Source of the DNA: an uncultured Gemmatimonadota bacterium
Lineage (GTDB): Bacteria > Gemmatimonadota > Gemmatimonadetes > Palauibacterales > Palauibacteraceae
Length of the DNA: 64,000 nucleotides
Assembly (NCBI GenBank): GCA_913043255.1
Contig: CAJWLK010000001.1
Coordinates: forward strand, 324,288 to 388,287
Direction of reading: 5' to 3'
Below are positions 35,469 through 45,015 of the stretch, piece by piece. Position numbers and translations under genes: made by a program. The stretch's first letter is position 1. Each line of letters begins with the position of its first letter. The notes under the pieces are model-generated. The model worked only from the letters and a program-made list of their open reading frames with translations, made no database searches and was not told where the DNA came from.

Positions 35469-36842
35469 ATGAACGATATACAGACTATTGAGCCTAAAGT
35501 TGAGGATCCGATCAAGGATTCTGCATCCAACAATGAGGGGTCTATGAAACCGCAATCATCGGGAAGGGAGAGCCAGTCACAACAGGGCGATTATTTGTAC
35601 CCATGGGTACGACCGTATTACGAGGATCCACTTGTAATGTCCTCCGCAGAGGGTGTGTGGGTCCGCGATGTAGACGACAATCAATTCCTAGACCTATTCG
35701 CGGGGATCCTAACAACATCAATCGGACACTGCCATCCAGTGGTTCAAGAAGCGGTACACGAACAAATGGCGCGTCTCGGACATACTTCGACGCTGTACAT
35801 TACCGAGGGGCAGATCGAAGCTGCAAAATCTCTCGCACAAATAACACCAGGCGAATTGCAGACGACCTGCTTTACTAACAGCGGCACTGAAGCGGTTGAG
35901 TCTGCGATCGCTACAGCCCGCCTCTATACCGGCCGTCACGAGATCGTGGCACTTCGTCTTTCGTATTCGGGTCGTAGCACACTGACGAGTCACATGACCG
36001 CACAAAGGGCTTGGCGACTCCCATTTGGCGGGGCTTCAGGAGTCGTCCATGCTCGCTCACCATATCCGTATCGGTCACCAGTTGGAGATGGGGCCGAGTG
36101 CAGCGACTTCTTTATCGACGACCTGGTCGAGGTAATCGAAACTACCACCGGCGGTCAACCCGCCGCCTTCTTCGCTGAAACGATCCAAGGGGTAGCCGGA
36201 TACATTGTTCCACCCCCTGACTATTTTCAGCGTGCAGCCGAAGTCATTCGAAGTTATGGAGGGCTTTTCATCATCGATGAGGTACAGGCAGGCTTCGGAA
36301 GAACGGGGAAACACTGGTTCGGCATAGAGCACTGGGATGTTGAACCCGACATCATGGTCATGGCCAAAGGCATCGCAAATGGGTTCCCTGTCGGAGCAAC
36401 TGTCACCCGCCCCGAGATAGCGGAAGCATGGCAAGGACCGTCGATCGCAACCTTTGGGGGCAATCCAATCGCGATGGCCGCGATGAGAGCTACCCAAAAT
36501 GTAATGAATCGTGAGGACGTTCCAACACGAGCCCACGAGAGAGGAACTCAGCTGCGGCTTGGGCTGGACCAGCTTCGCGACAAGTATTCCTGGGTTGGTG
36601 AGGTTCGAGGAATGGGGCTCATGCAAGGGATCGAACTAGTGACCGATCGAGCCACCAAAACCCCAGATGGGGGCCGGGCAGAAAAACTCCTTGAGGCAAC
36701 CAAAGAGGAAGGTTTACTGGTTGGACGTGGAGGACTCTTCGGCCATGTAATACGGGTTGGCCCTTCACTCCTCATCACAGAAGACGAAATCGAAGAGGCG
36801 TTAAAACGTTTCGGGGCCGCATGTGAACGAGTAGACGGATGA
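35469..36842 (+). CDS. class-III (omega) PLP-dependent aminotransferase with about 50-aa low-complexity N-terminal extension
   Basis: The conserved core is LVMSSAEGVWVRDVDDNQFLDLFAGILTTSIGHCHP ... DEVQAGFGRTGKHW ... MAKGIANGFP, with the PLP lysine in MAKG. The RBS GAGGAG precedes the ATG. Confidence 0.8.
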   Translation: MNDIQTIEPKVEDPIKDSASNNEGSMKPQSSGRESQSQQGDYLYPWVRPYYEDPLVMSSAEGVWVRDVDDNQFLDLFAGILTTSIGHCHPVVQEAVHEQMARLGHTSTLYITEGQIEAAKSLAQITPGELQTTCFTNSGTEAVESAIATARLYTGRHEIVALRLSYSGRSTLTSHMTAQRAWRLPFGGASGVVHARSPYPYRSPVGDGAECSDFFIDDLVEVIETTTGGQPAAFFAETIQGVAGYIVPPPDYFQRAAEVIRSYGGLFIIDEVQAGFGRTGKHWFGIEHWDVEPDIMVMAKGIANGFPVGATVTRPEIAEAWQGPSIATFGGNPIAMAAMRATQNVMNREDVPTRAHERGTQLRLGLDQLRDKYSWVGEVRGMGLMQGIELVTDRATKTPDGGRAEKLLEATKEEGLLVGRGGLFGHVIRVGPSLLITEDEIEEALKRFGAACERVDG

Positions 36843-36969
36843 TTGCCGGCCTCTCTTGGCAAACGTGGCTCCTTGCCGCTGCCGCTGTGATTCCTGGACT
36901 TGCTATCACTTTCAGCTTCTACCATGTCCAAAGAGACCGTGCTGCGGACAGATCCGAAGGCCCTGAAGT

Positions 36970-37887
36970 GTGAATCGACTTGAAGGGCGGACCGCAATTG
37001 TTACTGGGGCCGGACGCGGTATTGGACGAGAGCATGCTCGGGCACTGGCAAGCGAAGGCGCAGCCGTAATCGTCAATGATCTAGGCACAGAAGTGGATGG
37101 GAACGGTACAGAATCAAAGCTGGCAGACCGTGTCTGCGAAGAGATTTGTTCAAGCGGTGGTAACGCCATTCCTAGCCGACACGATGTGTCAGATTGGCAC
37201 CAAGCGAGCCAGCTTATCGATCTCGCCATCTCCTCGTTCGGCGGACTCGACATCCTTGTAAATAATGCCGGGATACTTCGAGATCGCGCTTTTTTCAACA
37301 TGAGTGAAGACGAATGGGACGCGGTAATTACTGTACACCTAAAAGGTCATGCCGCACCTAGCCGACACGCGATGGCATATTGGCGCACGGAGTCCAAGGC
37401 AGGCCGATCGCGACTAGCCTCGGTTATCCACACCACCTCATCATCTGGCTTGTGTGGCAACTTCGGTCAAGTCAACTACGGTGCTGCGAAGATGGGTATC
37501 GTGGGTCTATCAAAGGTCCTATCGATCGAAGGCATAAAATACGGGGTGCGTTCGAACGTGATCTCACCATCCGCACGCACTCGTATGACCGATCAACAGG
37601 CTGGAGCCGAGATATTGGGCGAGCCTGATGAGACTGGATATGATCCCTACGGTGCCAAACACATCGCGATCGTGGCAGCCTGGCTAGCTGAGGCCAATTG
37701 CCCGGCAAACAACCAGGTATTCCACGTTTCCGGTCGCCGGATCAGCGTACTCGAGATTCCTCGAATTTCCTATGAGGTCCGGTCAGAATTAGCAGACTGG
37801 ACGCCTGAGGGGCTCAGTGAAGCACTGATCGACGGACTGGTATCGCCACTCGGAGCATATGAGCTGATTCTGGGGAGAGAATTCTGA
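36970..37887 (+). CDS. SDR family NAD(P)-dependent oxidoreductase (MFE-2-like hydroxyacyl-CoA dehydrogenase type) with C-terminal extension
   Basis: TAIVTGAGRGIGRE (TGxxxGxG) and YGAAK (YxxxK) are present, as is an NNAG motif. Confidence 0.8.
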   Translation: MNRLEGRTAIVTGAGRGIGREHARALASEGAAVIVNDLGTEVDGNGTESKLADRVCEEICSSGGNAIPSRHDVSDWHQASQLIDLAISSFGGLDILVNNAGILRDRAFFNMSEDEWDAVITVHLKGHAAPSRHAMAYWRTESKAGRSRLASVIHTTSSSGLCGNFGQVNYGAAKMGIVGLSKVLSIEGIKYGVRSNVISPSARTRMTDQQAGAEILGEPDETGYDPYGAKHIAIVAAWLAEANCPANNQVFHVSGRRISVLEIPRISYEVRSELADWTPEGLSEALIDGLVSPLGAYELILGREF

Positions 37888-37892
37888 CCAAG

Positions 37893-38366
37893 TTATGTTG
37901 CCACCATCTTTTTTAGCGCCATAATCACCCCAGTATGTATTCCCTCATGAAACTGATTGAAAATAACGCCGTCCTCAAACGTATTTAGTTCAAGTCCAGT
38001 CGATGTACTGTAGCCTTGGTAATCGACAAAAAGACCAGCTTCCAGATCTTCTTTGAACCGACCGGGCAACTCTCGAACGAATGCCTTGATCTGTATGATA
38101 TCCGGCGTCGACTGCCAATCGGCCGGTGAGGTTCCTCCGCGAAACTCAGCAATAAACTCATCTGACACATACATATCCAATCCAGACAGCTTATAGGTCA
38201 GTAGCTGCTGTGCTGCCACAATGTGCCCGAGATTCCACAAGATATTATTTGAATAGCCAGCGGGGACGACGCACAGAGCATCATCGTTCACGTCATCAAT
38301 CAATCTCTCAAGTAACGCACGTTCCTGCTTGTGCAACATCGCAGCGTTGTTAAGCCTATTGGTCAT
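37893..38366 (-). CDS. DinB/YfiT-like putative metal-dependent hydrolase family protein
   Basis: 157 aa. WNLGHIVAAQQ is the DinB_2-type His-containing helix. It is convergent with the SDR gene. Confidence 0.55.
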   Translation of the reverse strand: MTNRLNNAAMLHKQERALLERLIDDVNDDALCVVPAGYSNNILWNLGHIVAAQQLLTYKLSGLDMYVSDEFIAEFRGGTSPADWQSTPDIIQIKAFVRELPGRFKEDLEAGLFVDYQGYSTSTGLELNTFEDGVIFNQFHEGIHTGVIMALKKMVAT

Positions 38367-38465
38367 ATAATCTCCAGTACTCGATCACGCCACAATTCCG
38401 CAGGAGAGAACTTGCGGAGTACGTGTCCAGGGGGGGAATTTACAGTCAGTCTAGGAGGCAACATA

Positions 38466-39371
38466 ATGGGAAGCATACGATACATTGTCACGACCTTTAC
38501 CACATTTTTACTTGTACCGATCGTCGTGTCAGCCCAAGCGACCAGCCAAGACCTAACCCCTGAGCAGCGTGCCCGAATGCAGATGGAGCGCGAGACTCGA
38601 GTAGCCGCAGAACTCATTTCACGTCGACCAATCGAAGCCCTGAACTCCATCTGGATTGAAGAACTGACCTGGATGGAAGTCCGCGACCTACTCCAAACTG
38701 GCACAAATACGGCAATCATATCCACGGGCGGAATCGAGCAGAATGGACCATACGTCGCGACCGGCAAGCATAATTATGTGCTTGAGGGCACATGCGAAGG
38801 GATCGCGTTGAAACTCGGGAATGCGCTTTGCGCTCCCATTATGAAGCTGGTTCCGGAAGGAGACATCGACGAACCGTCTGGCCACATGCGGTACTCAGGT
38901 ACGATCTCACTGCGCCAGGAAACATTTGAAGCGGTGCTCGAAGATGTCGCCTCAAGTCTTGAAGCCCACGGGTTTGAACATATTGTATTTATTGGGGACA
39001 GTGGCGGGAACCAGCGCGGCATGGAAAACGTCGCGAGAACACTTAATGAACGTTGGCACAAGGCACACGCACATTTTATCCCCGAATACTACCAATACGG
39101 CGGATCCGAATTCCTCGAGTCTGAGTTGGGCATCGTACAAACCGAAAACGATGGAATACACGACAGCTTCGGCATTACCAGTCTAATGATGGTCATTGAC
39201 CCTACGGTCGTTCGTTACACGCAGCGCGTGGACGCCGGGCTTGCTAAGATCAATGGGGTCCCTATAGCACCCAAGGAAGAGACGATCGAGGTCGGCAAGA
39301 AACTCATGGCGTTTCGGGTCAACCTGACCGTAGACAAGATCCACGAATCGATTGCTAAAACAAAACCGTAA
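38466..39371 (+). CDS. creatininase-family amidohydrolase (creatinine amidohydrolase/MftE-like fold) with N-terminal signal peptide
   Basis: The start is at the internal ATG (38466), preceded by AGGAGG. The N-terminus MGSIRYIVTTFTTFLLVPIVVSAQA is signal-like. STGGIEQNGPYVATG matches the creatininase GSxEQHGPHLP segment, with Q/N substitutions. HIVFIGDSGGNQ matches the second metal-binding block. Confidence 0.6.
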   Translation: MGSIRYIVTTFTTFLLVPIVVSAQATSQDLTPEQRARMQMERETRVAAELISRRPIEALNSIWIEELTWMEVRDLLQTGTNTAIISTGGIEQNGPYVATGKHNYVLEGTCEGIALKLGNALCAPIMKLVPEGDIDEPSGHMRYSGTISLRQETFEAVLEDVASSLEAHGFEHIVFIGDSGGNQRGMENVARTLNERWHKAHAHFIPEYYQYGGSEFLESELGIVQTENDGIHDSFGITSLMMVIDPTVVRYTQRVDAGLAKINGVPIAPKEETIEVGKKLMAFRVNLTVDKIHESIAKTKP

Positions 39372-39401
39372 AATGCGTCGGCACCAGGTGAGAAAACACC
39401 C

Positions 39402-41822
39402 ATGAAAAAACTTGCGACCATCATCCCTCTAGCACTGTTGTTGGGATTCGGCTTAGGGATTTCATCCGAACCACCGGTATTCAGACCAGGCAGTCTTAGC
39501 GCACGAGAGTTTTCTCCAGATACGCTTCCCCAAACAATCGTCAGGGAAGTGTGCTCCCAGTGTCATAACGATCAACGCCTACGAGGGAACCTTTCGCTCG
39601 AAACTTTCAACGTGGAAACGGCCGACACCCAGCCGGAAATTTCTGAAAAAATGATCCGAAAACTGAGGGCTGGGATGATGCCTCCGCCTGGTGTACGTCG
39701 ACCAACCGAAGCCAACCTTCTTGACCTCGTGGAGGCACTAGAAGCACGAGTAGATGCCCGTGCCTCTGTGCAACCAAACCCGGGGCATCGAAGTTCTCAA
39801 CGACTTAACCGATCAGAATATGAGCGATCAATTAAGGACTTGCTCGGAATCGACATTGATGCTTCCGCCTATCTTCCTAACGAGACGGTCAGTGCAGGAT
39901 TCGACAACATAGCTGACGTACAAGATCTCTCGGCGACGTTAATCAACGGTTACCTGACTGCCGCAAGCGAGATTAGTCGGATAGCTCTCGGAGACCCCGA
40001 CGCAACACCGAGCGAAACGGAATACGAGGTGCCACGGTATGCAGAGCAACGTCAGCACGTTGAAGGGGCACCAATCGGCACACGGGGAGGTCTCTCAATT
40101 GTCCATAATTTCGTAGCAGACGGCGAATACCTGTTTCGTATTGCATTCCAGCATGAATCGACCGGAAACTTTTTCGGTCAAACAACCCCATTTGATGAAC
40201 AAGTCGAACTCTCTATCGACGGCGAACGCCGAGCATTGATGGACATCGATCGTTGGATGCACCGTCAGGATCCGGATGGCGTTCAGATCGAAACGGGGCC
40301 AATAGCAGTGACAGCTGGGCCACATCGAGTCTCGGCAGCTTTCATCAAACGGTTTGACGGACCCTTGGATGATCTGATGTCTCCGCATGAATGGAGCCTC
40401 GCAGATAAAAAGATTGGGTATTCACACGGCATTACAGTCGTAGCACATCTGCGAGACCTTACAATTCGAGGGCCTTTCCGAGTTACTGGAGCCTCTGATA
40501 TATCGAGCCGTAGGCAGATCATGACCTGCGAACCAGAGTCTCCCGATGAAAGTCGCGCTTGTGCTCAAACAATCATTGAGCGGCTTGCGACCCAGGCTTA
40601 TCGGCGTCCATTGAATACAGAGGACATAGAACCGCTTCTCACGCTATATGAGTTAGGGGCGGAGGACGATGGTTTTGAAGCTGGGGTCCGTACAGCACTT
40701 CAGGGAATACTTGCCAGCCCCGACTTTGTATTCCGGTTTGAAAAACCTCCCACAACAGGGCAGGAGGAAGACACCTATCGAATCTCCGACCTCGACCTAG
40801 CATCACGGCTCTCGTTCTTCTTGTGGGCCATGCCTCCGGATAAAGAACTAATTGAGGCCGCTCGGACCGGACAACTATCCGAAATCGAAGGTCGTACAGC
40901 ACAGGTCCGACGCATGCTCGCCGATCCTCGAGCTGAGGCACTCGGTTCTAGGTTCGCTGATCAGTGGTTTCGATTGCAGGACCTCGATAAAGTTCACCCA
41001 GACGCAATTCGCTTCCCCGACTTCTACCAACAGCTTGCGGACGACATGCGCCGCGAGACCCAGCTCTTTTTCGAACACTTAGTCCGGGAAGACCGACCAT
41101 TTTTCGAGTTGTTCACTGCGGGCTATACATTCGTAAACGAACGACTCGCGCGGCATTATGGGATGGAGAACATTTCTGGAACACACTTCCGCTTGGCTCA
41201 ATATCCAGATGAGAGTCGGCGTGGCATTCTGGGACATGCGAGTATACTTACGCAGACCTCACATGCAAATCGTACATCCCCAGTGTTACGTGGGAAGTGG
41301 GTGATGGAAGTACTGTTCGGGACTCCTCCTCCTCCCCCACCACCGGACATACCCGACCTCGAAGCTACCGTAGAATCAGAAGCGGGCCGATTTCTTACTA
41401 TACGTGAGCGAATGGAGATGCACCGAAAAAGCCCTGCGTGTCGCTCGTGCCACCGTGTTATCGATCCACTTGGCCTGGCGTTAGAGAACTTTGACGTAAC
41501 TGGTGCGTGGCGCATTAAAGACCAAGGACAAGTGGTCGACCCGACGGGTGAACTATATGACGGCACGTCGATGAACGGCCCCGTGGATCTCCGGGCAGCC
41601 CTCTTACGCCGTCCAGAGTCATTGGTTCGGACGTTCCTCGAAAATCTGCTGGCCTACGGACTCGGGCGTCGCATTGAATATTTTGACATGCCAACAATCA
41701 GAGCAATCGCGCGAAAAGCGGAAATGGATGAATATCGGATGTCCGCCTTCATACTGGGGGTCGTAAACAGTCCAGCTTTCCTCATGAATCGACGCGAGGC
41801 CATGGTCGAACAAGGCGGGTAA
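39402..41822 (+). CDS. DUF1592/DUF1587/DUF1588/DUF1585-type protein with two c-type haem-binding CxxCH motifs (Planctomycete-type cytochrome c protein)
   Basis: 806 aa with a signal peptide. The N-proximal haem motif is CSQCH and the C-proximal one is CRSCHRVIDPLGLALENFD. Family-typical blocks are present: LSFFLWAMPPD, GILGHASILTQTSHANRTSPVLRGKW and the poly-Pro GTPPPPPPPD. Confidence 0.75.
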   Translation: MKKLATIIPLALLLGFGLGISSEPPVFRPGSLSAREFSPDTLPQTIVREVCSQCHNDQRLRGNLSLETFNVETADTQPEISEKMIRKLRAGMMPPPGVRRPTEANLLDLVEALEARVDARASVQPNPGHRSSQRLNRSEYERSIKDLLGIDIDASAYLPNETVSAGFDNIADVQDLSATLINGYLTAASEISRIALGDPDATPSETEYEVPRYAEQRQHVEGAPIGTRGGLSIVHNFVADGEYLFRIAFQHESTGNFFGQTTPFDEQVELSIDGERRALMDIDRWMHRQDPDGVQIETGPIAVTAGPHRVSAAFIKRFDGPLDDLMSPHEWSLADKKIGYSHGITVVAHLRDLTIRGPFRVTGASDISSRRQIMTCEPESPDESRACAQTIIERLATQAYRRPLNTEDIEPLLTLYELGAEDDGFEAGVRTALQGILASPDFVFRFEKPPTTGQEEDTYRISDLDLASRLSFFLWAMPPDKELIEAARTGQLSEIEGRTAQVRRMLADPRAEALGSRFADQWFRLQDLDKVHPDAIRFPDFYQQLADDMRRETQLFFEHLVREDRPFFELFTAGYTFVNERLARHYGMENISGTHFRLAQYPDESRRGILGHASILTQTSHANRTSPVLRGKWVMEVLFGTPPPPPPPDIPDLEATVESEAGRFLTIRERMEMHRKSPACRSCHRVIDPLGLALENFDVTGAWRIKDQGQVVDPTGELYDGTSMNGPVDLRAALLRRPESLVRTFLENLLAYGLGRRIEYFDMPTIRAIARKAEMDEYRMSAFILGVVNSPAFLMNRREAMVEQGG

Positions 41823-41840
41823 GCAAGGAGATCGCAGACG

Positions 41841-43229
41841 ATGGAAGTCATAATTGGAAAACACATACCACGTCGTACGTTTTTACAAGGTATCGGAGCC
41901 ACGATCGCGCTTCCCTTCCTCGATGCGATGATTCCGGCGGGGCGCTTGTCGGGGCTAAGTGCGGCGATCGATCCCACTCGCCTCATATGTATTGAAATGG
42001 TACATGGGGCTGCGGGCAGTTCTCAGTACGGCGCTTCCCGTAACCTATGGTCACCTGCAAGTACGGGACGAAATTTCGATTTGGCCCCGACTGCACTCAG
42101 CTCACTCGAGCCGTTCCGAAAGTATCTAACCATCGTTTCCGATACCGATGTGAGCTCCGCAGAGGCAACCAAACCTCAAGAAATTGGTGGAGATCATTTC
42201 CGCTCAAGTGCAACTTTTTTGACACAGTCCCACCCCCGGCAAACTGAGGGTTCGGATATTTATGTAGGGACGTCAATGGATCAGTTATACGCAGCGCAAT
42301 TTGGGCAAGAGACACCTATCCCATCGATGCAACTCTGTATAGAAAACGTAGACCAATCAGGTGGCTGCGCATACGGTTATGCGTGCGTCTACACGGACAC
42401 AATCAGCTGGAAATCCCCCACGGAACCACTACCGATGATTCGGGATCCGCGCGTCGCATTTGACCAGCTGTTCGGGGCGGGCGGGAGTGCTGAGGAACGC
42501 GCAATCCGACGACGTGCTAACAAGAGCGTGCTAGACTTCATAGCCGATAGAGTACGCGAACTTAAGCGTGAACTTGGCCCGGACGATTCGAGACGAATCG
42601 ACCGATACCTAGAGAGCGTACGGGAAATTGAACGTAGGATTGAGATGGTCGAGATACAGAATAGTAATGGGGAACTGCGAGAGCTTCCAGAAGCACCAGC
42701 CGGCGTCCCTGATTCCTTTGAGGAACACGTGAAGCTGATGTTTGATTTACAGGTGCTCGCATTCGCTTCTGATATGACTCGTGTATTCTCCTTTAAGCTT
42801 GGTCGTGACTCTTCCGCACGAGTATTCCCTGAGAGTGGCGTGGACAAACCATTCCATCCAACCTCCCACCACGGAGGAAACGAAAAAAACATCGAAGACT
42901 TTGCACGGATCAACCGATACCATGTGAGCATGATTCCATACCTATTGGGCCGTTTAGAGGACACAATGGAAGGTGATACTCACCTGCTCGATAAGACGAT
43001 GATCATATATGGTTCGCCAATGGGAGATCCGAACGTACATAACCACAAACGCTGCCCCCTTTTCATAGCAGGAGGCGCGAATGGAAAACTAGACGGTGGC
43101 ATTCATGTTCGAGCGAAACCGGACACTCCGATGGCGAACGTGATGTTGACACTGATGCACACACTTGGGCTTGAAGAAATGGCAAGGTTTGGTGATAGCA
43201 CCAAACCTTTTTCACTAAATACCTGGTGA
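41841..43229 (+). CDS. DUF1552 domain protein with twin-arginine (Tat) signal
   Basis: The N-terminus IPRRTFLQGIGATIALPFLDAMIP is the hallmark DUF1552 Tat-signal block. It starts 18 nt after the DUF1592 stop. Confidence 0.75.
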   Translation: MEVIIGKHIPRRTFLQGIGATIALPFLDAMIPAGRLSGLSAAIDPTRLICIEMVHGAAGSSQYGASRNLWSPASTGRNFDLAPTALSSLEPFRKYLTIVSDTDVSSAEATKPQEIGGDHFRSSATFLTQSHPRQTEGSDIYVGTSMDQLYAAQFGQETPIPSMQLCIENVDQSGGCAYGYACVYTDTISWKSPTEPLPMIRDPRVAFDQLFGAGGSAEERAIRRRANKSVLDFIADRVRELKRELGPDDSRRIDRYLESVREIERRIEMVEIQNSNGELRELPEAPAGVPDSFEEHVKLMFDLQVLAFASDMTRVFSFKLGRDSSARVFPESGVDKPFHPTSHHGGNEKNIEDFARINRYHVSMIPYLLGRLEDTMEGDTHLLDKTMIIYGSPMGDPNVHNHKRCPLFIAGGANGKLDGGIHVRAKPDTPMANVMLTLMHTLGLEEMARFGDSTKPFSLNTW

Positions 43230-43236
43230 TCGCAAG

Positions 43237-45015
43237 ATGCATATAAGCATGCGAATCCGGACTTTCATAACCGCTTTCCTAATAAGTGTTTGGGCCTCGG
43301 AAGCCGCATCTTATAATGACCCGGATGTATCTGAGACTCCACTTGCCGATGCTGCTATGCGTGGCGATGTGACAAGTGTCCAACGACTTCTTGAAGCGGG
43401 TGTTAATGTAAACGAAGCTCAGGGTGATGGTATGACCGCACTTCACTGGGCTGCTCGCAATTCCGATGCTCAGCTGGCAGAGCTTTTGGTCTCAGAGGGG
43501 TCTAGGGTCAATACGGTTACGAGGATTGGAGCGTACACTCCCCTCCATCTCGCCAGTCAAGTCGGGAATGCCGAAATCATCAAAATCTTACTGGGAGCAG
43601 GAAGTCTCCTACAACCGACAAGTAACTCGGTAGGCGGAACGATGCCCCTGCACTTTGCAGCTGCGTCGGGGAGCGTCGGTGCGGTACGTGCACTCCTTAA
43701 TGCTGGCGCACAACCAAATGTGATCGAAGCCACATGGGGTCAAACCCCGCTTATGTTCGGAGCAGCTAAGGGACGGACTGATGTCGTTCGTGTTCTACTT
43801 GAAGGCGGGGCGAACCCAGCCATCACGACCAAAGTCACAAACATCGCAGCCAAAGCAGAACAAGCACAGGAAGAACGACGAGCTCGGAATGCACGTATTC
43901 GAAAAACACCACCCACGGGCCAAAACTTACTAGGACAGACTGGAGTAAAGGCAGGTCAAGTTGAGCAACTTCTAACTATTGAGGAGCAGGAAGAATACGA
44001 TCGACCAATTGAAGAGCCTGAACCCCTTAGTTATGGCCAATTGATCGGAAGGCATGGAGGTATGACCGCCCTGCTCCACGCTGCCCGTGAAGGTCATATC
44101 GGCACAGGGATGGCACTCCTAGATGGCGGCGCAGACATTAATCAGACAAGTGGAAGTGACCGGACCAGTCCGATGTTGATGGCAATGATTAACGGGCACT
44201 TTGATATGGCCATACAACTCTTGAGGCGTGGAGCAGACCCTACGGTCGCATCTGAGGCGGGTGCAACACCACTTTACGCAGCAATCAACGCTCAGTGGTC
44301 ACCAAAATCACGTTACCCGCAACAACACGCGTCCCAACAACAAAAGGTGACCTATCTAGAGGTAATGCAAAGATTATTAGAAGCTGGTGTCAACCCAAAT
44401 GTAAAGCTCAAAAAGCACCTGTGGTGGATGTCGTTCAACTTCGATCTTCTTCAAATCGATACCAAAGGAGCCACACCATTTTGGCGCGCAGCCTACGGAC
44501 TAGATGTGAATGCTATGCGCCTTCTTGTTTCGTATGGCGCCGATCCAAACATCGCTACGGAAAAAGTCCCACCGCGACGCAGGCCGGTGTGGGACCAGGA
44601 GAGTAAAGACCTGTCGGGGTTCCCTCCAACCCCGATCGGAGGGCCAGCCGACTACCCTATTCACGCAGCATCTGGAATCGGCTATGGACAAGGTTTCCCG
44701 AGTAATGCACACCGTTATGTGCCGGATGGTTGGATGGCTTCAGTCAAGTATCTGATTGAAGAACTTGGAGCCGACGCCAATCAACGAGATGACGAGGGCT
44801 ACACGCCACTTCACAATGCCGCTTCTCGAGGAGATGTTGAAATGATCCGTTATCTAGTTGAGCATGGTGCTGACGTCACCGCGGTCAGTCGAGTGGGACA
44901 AACAACAGCTGACATGGCCAACGGACCTTATCAGAGGACGCAACCATTTCCTGAGGCAGTAGCACTCTTAGAAAGTCTAGGATCAAAAAACAACCATAAC
45001 TGCGTGTCTTGCTAA
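43237..45015 (+). CDS. secreted ankyrin-repeat protein
   Basis: 592 aa with a signal peptide (FITAFLISVWASEAAS). Multiple 33-aa ANK repeats are present (GMTALHWAARN, TPLHLASQVGN, MPLHFAAASGS, TPLMFGAAKGR, TALLHAAREGH, TPLHNAASRGD). The two ANK blocks are split by a charged linker. It starts 7 nt after the DUF1552 gene. Confidence 0.85.
   Translation: MHISMRIRTFITAFLISVWASEAASYNDPDVSETPLADAAMRGDVTSVQRLLEAGVNVNEAQGDGMTALHWAARNSDAQLAELLVSEGSRVNTVTRIGAYTPLHLASQVGNAEIIKILLGAGSLLQPTSNSVGGTMPLHFAAASGSVGAVRALLNAGAQPNVIEATWGQTPLMFGAAKGRTDVVRVLLEGGANPAITTKVTNIAAKAEQAQEERRARNARIRKTPPTGQNLLGQTGVKAGQVEQLLTIEEQEEYDRPIEEPEPLSYGQLIGRHGGMTALLHAAREGHIGTGMALLDGGADINQTSGSDRTSPMLMAMINGHFDMAIQLLRRGADPTVASEAGATPLYAAINAQWSPKSRYPQQHASQQQKVTYLEVMQRLLEAGVNPNVKLKKHLWWMSFNFDLLQIDTKGATPFWRAAYGLDVNAMRLLVSYGADPNIATEKVPPRRRPVWDQESKDLSGFPPTPIGGPADYPIHAASGIGYGQGFPSNAHRYVPDGWMASVKYLIEELGADANQRDDEGYTPLHNAASRGDVEMIRYLVEHGADVTAVSRVGQTTADMANGPYQRTQPFPEAVALLESLGSKNNHNCVSC

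Noticed and set aside
38466-39371. Functional link between the creatininase-family gene and the distant hyuA/hyuB operon (creatinine to N-methylhydantoin pathway)
   Set aside because: Creatinine amidohydrolase yields creatine, not N-methylhydantoin, so the two are not consecutive steps. The genes are about 30 kb apart on different transcription units. The creatininase-like protein is exported, whereas HyuAB is ATP-dependent and cytoplasmic.
41330-41352. CCT/CCC-rich tract (cctcctcctcccccaccaccgg) that resembles a simple-sequence repeat
   Set aside because: It encodes the in-frame poly-proline GTPPPPPPPD segment characteristic of the DUF1588 region of this protein family. It is a coding feature, not a contingency locus.
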